From positions 608,001 through 672,000 of the forward strand of contig CAWJCS010000003.1 of the NCBI GenBank assembly GCA_963841435.1: a stretch of DNA of 64,000 nucleotides, written 5' to 3'. This stretch comes from an uncultured delta proteobacterium (GTDB lineage: Bacteria; Myxococcota_A; Polyangia; Polyangiales; Polyangiaceae). The notes below the pieces were generated by a model. That model was not told the DNA's origin. It saw only the letters and a program-made list of their open reading frames with translations, and ran no database searches. The position numbers and the translations under genes were made by a program. Shown one piece after another: positions 51,588 through 61,221 of the stretch (position 1 is the first letter of the stretch; each line of letters opens with the position of its first letter).

Positions 51588-53357
51588 GTGAGCTGGGGTC
51601 GCGCAGCGACGCTCGCGACGCTCTTCGCCGGGACGGCGGTCGCCGTCCTACCAGCGCGCGGCAGGCTGCCGGATCGAGCCGGCGCCGCCGCGCGCCCGGC
51701 GGCGTCGGCAAGCCACGCGCCGCGCGACCTTCGCGAAAAGGGGCTCCACAATCCGGCTCCTTACATTCCCGCGCAATGCTACGCGCGCACGAAGGACGAC
51801 GCCGGCCGCGCGCACAACGGCTGTTACGTCTGCCATCAGGCTCCGGCGATCCCCAATTTCACCGACGATCGCGACCTCCAAGTCTCTCTCGATTTCCCCG
51901 AGCCGGCTCGCAAGAACCACTGGCGGAGCAGCCGGGCACCGACGGGCGCCGAGCCGACACCCGAGCAGGTGCGGCGCTATGTGCGGGAGGACAACTACCT
52001 CGGCGCCGACGGCGCGCCCGTGCTCGCGCGCCTGCTCGCGCATCCGCCAGCACGATGGGATGCCGACGGCGACGGCCGGTTCGCGGGCTTCGTTCCCGAT
52101 GCCTACTTTCGCTTCGATGAGCGAGGCTTCGACCACGACGCCGCGGGCGCCTACACGGGCTGGCGCGCCTACGCATCGGCGCCGTTCCCTGGCGCGTTCT
52201 TACCCACGAATGGCAGCGCCGGAGACACGCTGATCCGCCTGCCCGAGCCCTTCCGAAAGGACGAGAGTGGTAGGCCCGACATCGTAGTCTACACGGTGAA
52301 CCTCGCCATCGTCGAAGCGCTCATCGCGCGTCGCGACGTCGCGCTCGATGCCGTTGACGAGCGCCGACTCGGCGTGGACCTCGACGGGAACGGCACGCTC
52401 GGGCGCGCTCAGCGCGTGAGGTTCGACTGGGCGCCGCGCGAGGGGCGCACGATGAGCTACGTGGGGCGAGCCCGGCTCGCGCAACGAGCGGGCGAGACGA
52501 TGCTTGCCGCGGGGCTCTTTCCGCCCGGCACGGAGTTTTTGCACAGCGTGCGCTACCTCGACGAAACCGGCGGCAAGGTGACGCTCGCCCGGCGCATGAA
52601 GGAGCTACGCTACGCGAAGAAGCGGCGCTATCGAAACTACTCGGAGCTCCAGTTCGCGGCCTCCAGGGAGCGCAAGGAGACCCACGACTACCCGGACCGC
52701 GTTCGCCAGCTGTTCGGCAACGTCGAGCGCGGCGTCAACAACGGGCTCGGCTGGGTCTACCAGGGCTTCATCGAGGACGCCGCGGGCGAGCTTCGCCCTC
52801 AGACCTTCGAGGAGACCGGCTTTTGCGTCGGATGCCACGGCGGCATCGGTGCGACGACCGACGGAACTTTCTCGTTCGCCCGCAAGCTTGGCGACGACGC
52901 GTTTCAGCGCGGTTGGTTCCATCCGAGCCAGCACGGCCTCGAGGGCATCGCCGACCGCCTGCTTGCCGACGGGCGGCGCGAGTACGCGACCTATCTCGAA
53001 AAGAACGGTGCCGGCGACGACTTCCGCGAGAATGACGAGGTGCTCGCACGCTTCTTCGAGCGCGACGGCTCGCTGCGAAAGCGGGCCGTCGAGGACCTTT
53101 CGCGCGACATCTCGACGCTCGTCTGGCCGTCGCCGGCGCGCGCTCGGGCGCTGAACCGGAGCTACCTGTCGCTCGTGCGCGCGCAGTCGTTCGTGCTCGG
53201 TCGCGGCCCGCTGCCGGCGAGCCGCGGCTCGGTGCTCGAAACGGTGGCCGAAGGGCAGCAGACGGGCATCGAAGGTCCCTTCGACCCGCGCGAGGCGCCC
53301 CGCGCACCGTTTGGCCAGCTGCGCGCAGACTCCCTCGGGCGCGGCAGCTCGGGGTAG
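51588..53357 (+). CDS. Exported hypothetical protein with two CxxCH heme-binding motifs
   Basis: Signal-like N-terminus; GCYVCH and FCVGCH; 13 bp after the phoX stop. Confidence 0.8.
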   Translation: MSWGRAATLATLFAGTAVAVLPARGRLPDRAGAAARPAASASHAPRDLREKGLHNPAPYIPAQCYARTKDDAGRAHNGCYVCHQAPAIPNFTDDRDLQVSLDFPEPARKNHWRSSRAPTGAEPTPEQVRRYVREDNYLGADGAPVLARLLAHPPARWDADGDGRFAGFVPDAYFRFDERGFDHDAAGAYTGWRAYASAPFPGAFLPTNGSAGDTLIRLPEPFRKDESGRPDIVVYTVNLAIVEALIARRDVALDAVDERRLGVDLDGNGTLGRAQRVRFDWAPREGRTMSYVGRARLAQRAGETMLAAGLFPPGTEFLHSVRYLDETGGKVTLARRMKELRYAKKRRYRNYSELQFAASRERKETHDYPDRVRQLFGNVERGVNNGLGWVYQGFIEDAAGELRPQTFEETGFCVGCHGGIGATTDGTFSFARKLGDDAFQRGWFHPSQHGLEGIADRLLADGRREYATYLEKNGAGDDFRENDEVLARFFERDGSLRKRAVEDLSRDISTLVWPSPARARALNRSYLSLVRAQSFVLGRGPLPASRGSVLETVAEGQQTGIEGPFDPREAPRAPFGQLRADSLGRGSSG

Positions 53358-53394
53358 CGCGGTGTTTCCATGTGCCCGTGAGGGCGGCGCGCGC

Positions 53395-53832
53395 TCAACG
53401 TGCGCTACAACCGAGCTTGACCGTCGTCGCTCCGAGCGCGAACTTCGCGGCCTCGAAGGCGGGAGGGCCTAGCGTGCCGCGCGGGCCACGCGAGACGCAC
53501 CAGGGCTCCTTCGGAAGTCCCGTCCAACTCCGATCGAGCTTTCCGTTCGAGTTTTGATCCAAGAACGCGCCCGCGGCGTACATGCCGGGCGTCAATCCTT
53601 CGAAGCGGCACGTGGCGACGTTGCCGGCCGGCGCGGCAGAGGTGCGCCGGAGGGGCCGCTTCAACCATCCGCCTCGATCGTAAAGGCCGCACACGACATT
53701 TCCTTTCCTGCTCGCGGTCGCCACAAACAAGATGATCTCCCCGCCGCGCGCCGGAACGTCGCCTCGCGCCGTGCTCGAAAGGACGAGGAGCGCGAGGGCG
53801 AGCGGGAGCTTTTGCAACCAAGCTGTCTTCAC
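53395..53832 (-). CDS. DUF2141 family exported protein
   Basis: Signal peptide; PGMYAAGAFLDQNSNGKLD..GLPKE..S..GPPAF. Confidence 0.85.
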   Translation of the reverse strand: MKTAWLQKLPLALALLVLSSTARGDVPARGGEIILFVATASRKGNVVCGLYDRGGWLKRPLRRTSAAPAGNVATCRFEGLTPGMYAAGAFLDQNSNGKLDRSWTGLPKEPWCVSRGPRGTLGPPAFEAAKFALGATTVKLGCSAR

Positions 53833-54043
53833 GATCGATCTTCGGCTGTAATTACGCTCGAAAGCGGCGAAACCTTCCACGCTCGACGCGCTGCAACGGG
53901 GGCCCGCAACCGGTGCTGACCCGTGCAGTCGAGGAATTTTCCAGTCAGCGTGCGGTGATGCGAAACCGAAGCGCGTTGCCCAGATGATCCCCGCGAGTTC
54001 GTGCGGGAATGGAGGGAAGGGCTACTTCAAACAGAGGTTGTAC

Positions 54044-55855
54044 GTGAAGAAAGTATTCCGATCGGTCTCCAGCATCTCGCTTGCGCTGCTCATTGCATCC
54101 TGTGCGGTGAAGCAGTCGTCCGACGACGACCAGTCCGGCAGCGGCGGAACGGGCGCGCTTGCCGGCGTGGGTGGGAGCAGTACCGCGGGTAGCCCCGCCG
54201 GAGGCTCGGCGGGAGTCGCCGCGGGCACGGGCGGCGTGAGCCAGGCGGGTGGAGCGGCCGGCGTCGGCAATCAGGCCGGCACGCTGGGCGGCGGCGCTCC
54301 CGCGGGCGGAGCGGGCGGAGTCGCAGGCGTCGCAGGCAGCGGGGTCGCAGGTAGCGGCGTCGCAGGTAGCGGCGTCGCGGGCAGCGGGGTCGCAGGCAGC
54401 GGCGACGGCGGCCAAGCGGGATCGGCGGGCGACGGCGGAGGAGGACTCGGTGCCGGCGCGGGCGGCGACCCGCCCGGAGGTGCGGGCGGGCAGGCAGGAA
54501 CAGCCGGTGCGGCCGGTGGTGCGCCCCCCGCCGAGCCGACGCTCGTCACCTCCGCTCCGGGCGCTTACTGGAAAGTCGGTATGGTGACCGAGGTCACGGC
54601 CGGCAACGCCGACGTGACCGTCAACGACGCTTCCGCGGCACAGACCTTCACGGGATTCGGCGGCACCTTCAACGAGAAGGGCTGGGAGGCGCTCAGCACG
54701 CTGAGCCAGGCCGATCGCGACGCCGCCCTGAAGCTGCTCTTCGACCCCATCGACGGCGCGAAGTTCGTTTACGGCCGCATCCCGATCGGCGCGAGCGATT
54801 ACGCATCGAACCGTTACACGCTCGACGACACGGCCAACGACACTTCGATGGCGAGCTTCAGCATCGACCGCGACAAGCAGAAGCTCATCCCGTACATCCA
54901 GGCCGCGCTCGCGGTAAATCCCAACATCTACTTCTGGGGCAGCCCGTGGACGCCGCCCCCGTGGATGAAGGACAACAACGCCTACGACCGCGGGAACATG
55001 AAGGACGACGCCACGATCCTCGGAGCGTACGCCGTCTATCTCTCCAAGTTCGTCGAGGAGTACGGCAAGGTCGGCATCAAGGTCTCGGCGATCCACCCGC
55101 AGAACGAGCCGGGCTACCAGCAGGACTACCCGTCATGCGGCTGGTCCGGGGCCCTGGTGGCGAAGTTCATCGGCACCTATCTCGGGCCGACGTTCCAGCA
55201 GCGCGGCGTCCAGGCCGATATCTTCATCGGCACGATGTCGAACCCCACCGCGGACTTGAGTGTCCTCAACACCGTGATGGGCAATGCGACGGCGAAGGCT
55301 TTCATCAAGGGCCACGGCCTGCAATGGGGCATGTTCGACGTCTACGGGAACCTCAACCTCGATAAGAGCCTCCCCATCTGGCAGACCGAGCACAAGTGCG
55401 GCAACTACCCGTGGTCGGGCGGCAATGCGAGCAAGGCGCCGAACGATCAGGCCTACGGGGTCGAGAGTTGGGGGCTCATCCGTGACTGGATCAAGAAGGG
55501 TGTCAACGCGTACTCCGCCTGGAACATGGTGCTCGACACGGTCGGGCGGAGTCTCGACACCGTGCGCCCGTGGGCGCAAAACGCGCTGCTCGCGGTCGAT
55601 ACGTCCGCGAAGAAGCTGATTATCACTCCTGCCTACTACGCGTTCCGCCATGCGTCGCAGTACGTGGATCCAGGTGCCAAGGTCGTCGCCACGAGCGGCG
55701 GCGACGCGCTCGCATTCAAGAACCCCGACGGGACGATCGTCGCCGTGATGTTCAATTCGGGGGGAGCCAAGACCTCGATCGTCGCGATCGGAGGCAAGAA
55801 ATGGCAATTCGACATGCCCGGCAACGGCTGGGCGACCGTCAACATCCAGCCGTGA
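54044..55855 (+). CDS. GH30 glycoside hydrolase lipoprotein with Gly-rich linker
   Basis: Lipobox IASC; GFGG, RIPIGASD, SPWTPPPWMK, PQNEP, WQTE, WNMVLD, AFKNPDG. Confidence 0.92.
   Translation: MKKVFRSVSSISLALLIASCAVKQSSDDDQSGSGGTGALAGVGGSSTAGSPAGGSAGVAAGTGGVSQAGGAAGVGNQAGTLGGGAPAGGAGGVAGVAGSGVAGSGVAGSGVAGSGVAGSGDGGQAGSAGDGGGGLGAGAGGDPPGGAGGQAGTAGAAGGAPPAEPTLVTSAPGAYWKVGMVTEVTAGNADVTVNDASAAQTFTGFGGTFNEKGWEALSTLSQADRDAALKLLFDPIDGAKFVYGRIPIGASDYASNRYTLDDTANDTSMASFSIDRDKQKLIPYIQAALAVNPNIYFWGSPWTPPPWMKDNNAYDRGNMKDDATILGAYAVYLSKFVEEYGKVGIKVSAIHPQNEPGYQQDYPSCGWSGALVAKFIGTYLGPTFQQRGVQADIFIGTMSNPTADLSVLNTVMGNATAKAFIKGHGLQWGMFDVYGNLNLDKSLPIWQTEHKCGNYPWSGGNASKAPNDQAYGVESWGLIRDWIKKGVNAYSAWNMVLDTVGRSLDTVRPWAQNALLAVDTSAKKLIITPAYYAFRHASQYVDPGAKVVATSGGDALAFKNPDGTIVAVMFNSGGAKTSIVAIGGKKWQFDMPGNGWATVNIQP
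54326..54400 (+). repeat. 15-bp tandem repeat x5 (GVAGS)
   Basis: In-frame repeat within the GH30 linker. Confidence 0.85.
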
Positions 55856-56071
55856 TCTCACGGCGCCGGTGTTGACGGCGATCCAACGAGCCTTCGGTCC
55901 GATCGAATCGCGAGCCATGACCTGGCTCGCGACAAACCGCACAGACCGCGAGATTGCCTCGCGCGCGCGGACGCTTGAGCCCTCCCTCGGTGAGCCACTT
56001 TTCCGGCGCCATGGACACTGGCCCGCACCCGACGAGCAGAGGCCCAGTCCCAACCCCCGGTGGCAAGACCA

Positions 56072-57820
56072 ATGAGCAACCGTTCACAGAAGCAATTTCC
56101 AGTGACTGAAGACAACGAGAAGCCGGCGGTCCCCACGAGTAGCGACTCTCGGCGGACCTTTCTCGCTCTCGGAGCCGTGGGGATTGCGGCGGGCCTTCTC
56201 GAAGCCTGCTCGACAGGCGACGATCTCGGCGCGGACGGCAGCTCGGGCGCGGGTGGCACGGGCGTCGGCGGCACCTCCGGTGTCGGCGGCGCGAGCGGTG
56301 GCACCTCCGGTGTCGGCGGCGCGAGCGGCGGCACCTCGGGCGTCGGCGGCGCGAGCGGCGGCACCTCGGGCGCGGGCGGCGCCAACGGCGGCACCTCGGG
56401 TGGCGGCGCGTCGGGCGGTGGCGCAGGCGGCAACGCCGCGGGCGCCGGTAACGGCGGCGCCGCGGGGACTCCAGGCGGCAACGGCGGCGTGGCCGGTGAA
56501 GGCGCAGGAATGGGCGGCACGGGCCCCGGTGGCGCCGGCCAGGGCGGCCTTGCCGGCTCGGGCGCTAGCGGCGGCATGCCGGCCGGTGCAGGCGGAGGCG
56601 GCGGCAGCGGCGGAACCGGTTCGACCGGCATGGGTGGGAAAGAGAACAACTACGAGCCCCTGCCCCCGCTGCCTCCGGGAACGATGGGCCCCTCCAACCC
56701 GAAGCTGCCCGATCCGTTCAAGTTCATCGACGGGTCGCGCATCACCACGAAGACCGACTGGGAGCGCCTCCGGGCCGATCTCAGCGCGATGGTTCAGGCC
56801 GCCGTCTACGGACCCAAGATGCCGCCGCCCGACACGCTCACCGCGTCGCTCAGCGGCACCACCGTCACCGTGAACATGACGGTCGGCAGCAAGTCGGCGA
56901 TGTTCACCTTCTCGGTGAGCGGTGGTAGCACGAGCAGCCCGAAACCCGCCGTCATCAAGTGCGGCAACTCGGGCGTGCCGTTCCCGAGCAGCGTCGTCGG
57001 CATCAATCTCGCCCAGGACAGCTTCGCGGCACAGAACAAGTCGATCCCGACGAGCGGCATCGTGACCACTCTGTACGGGAACACGGCAGCCAAGGCCGGG
57101 TCCGACATCTGCTGGGCCTGGGGCGCCAGCCGCATCATCGATGCTCTCGAGAAGGTGGACGCCGGCATCGATCCCACGAAGATCGCCACCACGGGATGCT
57201 CTTACGCCGGCAAGGGAGCCCTCGCCATGGGCGCGTTCGACGAGCGCGTCGTTTTGACCGCCATGCAAGAGGGCGGCTCCGGGGGCTCGGCCCTCTGGCG
57301 CGTGTCGACGAAAGAGGCCTCGCTCGGTCAGAACATCCAGGAAGCGACCGAGATCGTCGGCGAGCAGAACTGGGAAGGCGGCGACTTCAAGGCGCTGTTC
57401 TCCGGCAAGAACAAGGCGACAGCGCCCGTTGACATGCTGATCGCCGACCAGCACTTCGCCGTTGCGATCTGCGCGCCGCGCGCCGTGCTGCTGATCGAGA
57501 ACGACATCGACTGGCTCGGGCCGCTCGCCGCTTACGGCGGCGGCGCTGCCGCCCGTGAGGTGTACACGGCGCTCGGCATTGCGGACCGCATCGGCGTGTC
57601 GGTGGCCCCGAACCACGGGCACTGCGCGTTCCCGAGCAGCCAGCAGGCGGCCCTCACGGCCTTCATCAACCGCTTCATGCTGGGGATGTCGGCGGATACC
57701 AGCGGCGTCGATGTTCTCAACGCGACGAACAGCAAAATCAAGACGTGGACCAAGGCGGACTGGATCGACTGGGACACGCCCACGCTGGCCGGAAACCTCT
57801 CCTGGGATCCGTTCGCCTGA
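56072..57820 (+). CDS. CE15 glucuronoyl esterase-like Tat lipoprotein
   Basis: SRRTFL + LEAC; LPDPF, WAWGASRIIDAL, GCSYAGKGA, AFDER, DQH, APR, HCAFP. Confidence 0.9.
   Translation: MSNRSQKQFPVTEDNEKPAVPTSSDSRRTFLALGAVGIAAGLLEACSTGDDLGADGSSGAGGTGVGGTSGVGGASGGTSGVGGASGGTSGVGGASGGTSGAGGANGGTSGGGASGGGAGGNAAGAGNGGAAGTPGGNGGVAGEGAGMGGTGPGGAGQGGLAGSGASGGMPAGAGGGGGSGGTGSTGMGGKENNYEPLPPLPPGTMGPSNPKLPDPFKFIDGSRITTKTDWERLRADLSAMVQAAVYGPKMPPPDTLTASLSGTTVTVNMTVGSKSAMFTFSVSGGSTSSPKPAVIKCGNSGVPFPSSVVGINLAQDSFAAQNKSIPTSGIVTTLYGNTAAKAGSDICWAWGASRIIDALEKVDAGIDPTKIATTGCSYAGKGALAMGAFDERVVLTAMQEGGSGGSALWRVSTKEASLGQNIQEATEIVGEQNWEGGDFKALFSGKNKATAPVDMLIADQHFAVAICAPRAVLLIENDIDWLGPLAAYGGGAAAREVYTALGIADRIGVSVAPNHGHCAFPSSQQAALTAFINRFMLGMSADTSGVDVLNATNSKIKTWTKADWIDWDTPTLAGNLSWDPFA
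56267..56401 (+). repeat. 30-bp tandem repeat x4.5 (GGTSGVGGAS)
   Basis: GGCGGCACCTCSGGYGTCGGCGGCGCGAGC units in the CE15 linker, later copies diverged. Confidence 0.85.
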
Positions 57821-57854
57821 GCGTGACGACCCCGAGGCCGCGCGGAGCTCCCTC

Positions 57855-59537
57855 GTGAGCTCCGCGGCGCGCCCGACTGCATTCGCGCTGTCCGGCGTGC
57901 TCGCGCTCGCCGCGTGCTCGAGTGCCTCGGAGGGGGCGGGAGTTTCAGGCGGCGCCGCCCAGGCAGGCGCGAGCGGAGGCGGAGGAAGCGGCGGCAGCGC
58001 GGGCGGATTGGCCAGCCTCAGCACGCTCATCCCCGCGCGCGTGCGGAGGCTCGCAACGGCCGAATACGACGCGTCCGTGCACGCCCTCTTGGGCACGGAC
58101 GCGCGCCCCGCATCGGGGCCCGACTTCCCGCCCGATCTGCGCCAGGACGGGTTCACCGTTAACGACGCGCAGCGCGTTGACGCCGTCATCGTCGAGCGGC
58201 TCGCGGAGGCCGCCGACGCGCTCGCCACCGAAGCGCTGAAAAACGGCACGCTCGCGCGCCTCGCGCCGTGCGCGCCGACCGCGGACCCCACTGGCTGCGC
58301 CACGAGCTTCATCACGACGTTCGGCGCGAGGGTCTATCGTCGCCCCCTGGTTGACGCGGAGATCAGCGCCCTTTTCACGCTCTACACCGTGGGCGCCGAG
58401 GGCGCGACCTACGAGGACGGCATCGCGCACGTCACGCGCGGCCTGCTCCAGAGCGCCGGCTTTCTCTACCTGACGGAGCTCGGGGACGGCGCGCCCTCCA
58501 CGGACGGTACCCTCACGCTCACGCCCCACGAGATCGCGGCGGCGCTCTCGTACTTTCTCACGTCCGCGCCACCGGACGACGAGCTTCGCACGAAGGCCGA
58601 CGCGGGCTCGCTGACGGATCCTCGGGTGCGCGAGGCGGAAGCGCGGCGCCTGCTCGAGACCGACCCGCTCGCGAAGGACACTGCGGTTCGCCTGGTGCGC
58701 GAGTGGCTCGGCATCGACCGCATCGGCGAAAGCTTCAAAGACTCGCTCGTCTACCCGGACTTCGCGGCTGAAAAGGCCGCTATCGTCGCGGAAAGCTCGG
58801 ACTTCGTGCGCGCCGTCACCTTCGAGTCGACCGGGACCGTCTCGGAGCTCCTGGGCGCAACGTGGACCGTGCAAAGCGGGCCGCTCGCGCTCTACCAGAC
58901 GGCGGGAAGCGGGCCCGTGCCCGCCTCCTCCGCGTTGACCGATCGCGTCGGGATCCTGAATCAGGCTGCGTTCCTCGCCAGCTACGCCACGGCCCAGGAG
59001 AGCCATCCGATCTTCCGCGGCGTTGCACTGGCACGGCGCGTCACCTGCCTCGGGCTCGACTCGCCGGCATCGTTCAACATCCAGGTCGTCCCACCCGCGC
59101 CCGACCCGACCAAGACCACACGCGAGAAGTACGACGCCCACGCAAAGGACCCGATCTGCGCGGGCTGCCACGACATCATCGATCCGTTCGGCTTCGCCTT
59201 CGAGCACTACGACGCCACGGGCGCCTACCGCGACACGGACAACGAAAAGAGCGTCGATAGCGCCGTCGAGGTGTCCGTCGAGCGCGACTTCGACGGCTCG
59301 TATGCCGACAGCAACGAGCTCGCCGCGGCGCTTTCGCGGAGTGAAACGGTGCGCGAGTGCTTCGCCCGGCAGATGTTTCGTGCCGCCGTGGCCACCGGGG
59401 ATTCGGCTGCCACGCCGGGCGAGCGGGAATTCATCGACTTCTGGAGGACGCTTCCGGAAGCGGCGCGCGGGAACATCGTCGAGACGCTGATCGCCTACGC
59501 GAAGAACCCGTTCTTCGCGGTGAGGGCCGCGCTATGA
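57855..59537 (+). CDS. DUF1592/DUF1588-domain lipoprotein (copy 3)
   Basis: GTG after GGAG; lipobox LAAC, RRL, VYRRPL, FLY, LSYF, SHPIFRG, CAGCHDIIDPFGF. Confidence 0.88.
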   Translation: MSSAARPTAFALSGVLALAACSSASEGAGVSGGAAQAGASGGGGSGGSAGGLASLSTLIPARVRRLATAEYDASVHALLGTDARPASGPDFPPDLRQDGFTVNDAQRVDAVIVERLAEAADALATEALKNGTLARLAPCAPTADPTGCATSFITTFGARVYRRPLVDAEISALFTLYTVGAEGATYEDGIAHVTRGLLQSAGFLYLTELGDGAPSTDGTLTLTPHEIAAALSYFLTSAPPDDELRTKADAGSLTDPRVREAEARRLLETDPLAKDTAVRLVREWLGIDRIGESFKDSLVYPDFAAEKAAIVAESSDFVRAVTFESTGTVSELLGATWTVQSGPLALYQTAGSGPVPASSALTDRVGILNQAAFLASYATAQESHPIFRGVALARRVTCLGLDSPASFNIQVVPPAPDPTKTTREKYDAHAKDPICAGCHDIIDPFGFAFEHYDATGAYRDTDNEKSVDSAVEVSVERDFDGSYADSNELAAALSRSETVRECFARQMFRAAVATGDSAATPGEREFIDFWRTLPEAARGNIVETLIAYAKNPFFAVRAAL

Positions 59538-61019
59538 CGACCGAGCGAGAGCGTCGCTCGAGGCGAGCAGGGAGCCGCGCCGTGGGAGCGGGGCGGCGCG
59601 CGTTCCTGCGCACCGTCGGTAGCGCTTTCGTAGCGCTGCCGTTCGCGCGGCTCGTGGAGACGTTCGTACGCGCAAGCGGAGGGAGAGCTCCCGCCGCAGC
59701 GCTTCATCGGCATGTACCACCCACACGGCATCGCCGCCGAGCTCTTCACGCGCAAGGACGGCGAGACCGAGACCGACTTCGCGCTCGACGCTGCCGATAG
59801 CCCGCTTCAACCGTTCGACGACGCAAAGACGTACGGCAAGAGCTTCAAGGAAAGGCTGGTCGTCATCGAGGGCATCGACCTGCTCTCCGACACCAACGGC
59901 CACAACTCTGCCGGCACGATCTTGACCGGCAGCCGCATCGTCGGGGGCACCGGAGGGTTGCCGCTCAATAGCTCGCTGGATCAGTTCCTCGCGGTCGAGC
60001 AGGGGCTCGGTGACGCAACGCTCGTCCCGAGCATCGCGCTCGCCGTCGGCGAAAAGGAGCTCAGCTCGCGCGAGACGCTATCCTTCGGCGCGGGCGGGGC
60101 GCCGGTTTCGAAAATCATCGATCCGGCACTGGCCTTCGATTTCTTGTTCAAGCACGCGATCGTCGGCACGGACCCCGCCCTGAGCGCCGAGGCCGAGCGT
60201 CAGCAGCGGCTCGGGCTAAGTCTCATCGATTTCGTCAACGGCGACCTCAAGCGCCTGCGAGCGCGCGTGGGACCGTTCGAGGAGCAGAAGCTCGAACAGC
60301 ATCTCGAGGCGCTGCGCGCGCTGGAGAAGAAGATCCAGGGTTTGGCGCTCGGGCCCGACTGCGCCGTGCCGGAGCGGCCCGGAGCCTTCCCCGCGCTCGA
60401 GCGCGGAAACGGCGGCGAGCCGTACTTCGACGCCATCACGGACTCGCTCATCGAGCTTCTCGCGCTCGCCATGGGCTGTGACCTCACGCGCTTCGGGACG
60501 CTCGTCTTGAACGACCTTTCGTACCCCGACAATCCGCTCGGTTTGCCGGCGGACAATCACGCCGGCATGGCGCACACGTACTCGGCCTCACCGCTCGGCG
60601 CGAGCGGCAGGCCGGTGGGGCCCGGCAATCCGGAAAGCTGGAAGCTGCTCGCGACGTTCAACCGCTATGCCTACGGCAAGGTCGCGCGCCTCCTGCAACG
60701 ACTGGACGAATACGGGATCCTCGACAGCACGCTCGTCTACGCCACGAGCGACATGGGGAACCCGGCCGCACACAGCACGCGCAACGTTCCCACCGTGCTC
60801 GCCGGCGGCGCGAACGGCGCCATCCGCATGGGCCGTCGCATCAAGTATCGAACCGATTGCCCGCTCGGCACCGACTGCGACATGGACGGCGGCGACTACG
60901 AGACGGTACCCAACAACCGGCTGCTCGTTTCGATTGCTCAGGCGTTCGGCGTCAACGTCGATTACTACGGCGCCCAGCCCGACTTCGAGTCGTCAGTCGG
61001 CACGTTGCCGAACCTGTGA
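59534..61019 (+). CDS. DUF1552 Tat-exported protein (copy 3); +1 frameshift at ~59663
   Basis: ATGA coupling; GRRAFLR..ALPF, then in the next frame RFIGMYHPHG, SLDQ, MGCDLTR, LDST, HSTRN. Confidence 0.88.
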
Positions 61020-61221
61020 GGCAACGTCACACTGTGACCTCGGTCGTTGCCATGAAAGCCACCCGGACGCGCTCGCGCCAGGGAACGCCCGGCGGCGGCC
61101 GCGCGGCACGGCCCTGGGCGACCATGATTCCAGGCCGCAAGGTGAACCGAGCCTTCGGTGATCCCCAGACAGGCGGTCGGGAATGATCGAAGAATCGGGG
61201 TAGCCCGGGACGGAAAAAAAG

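Noticed and set aside
49733-56401. Tandem repeats as a possible CRISPR array
   Set aside because: No spacers; unit lengths are multiples of 3 and lie in coding linkers; no cas genes
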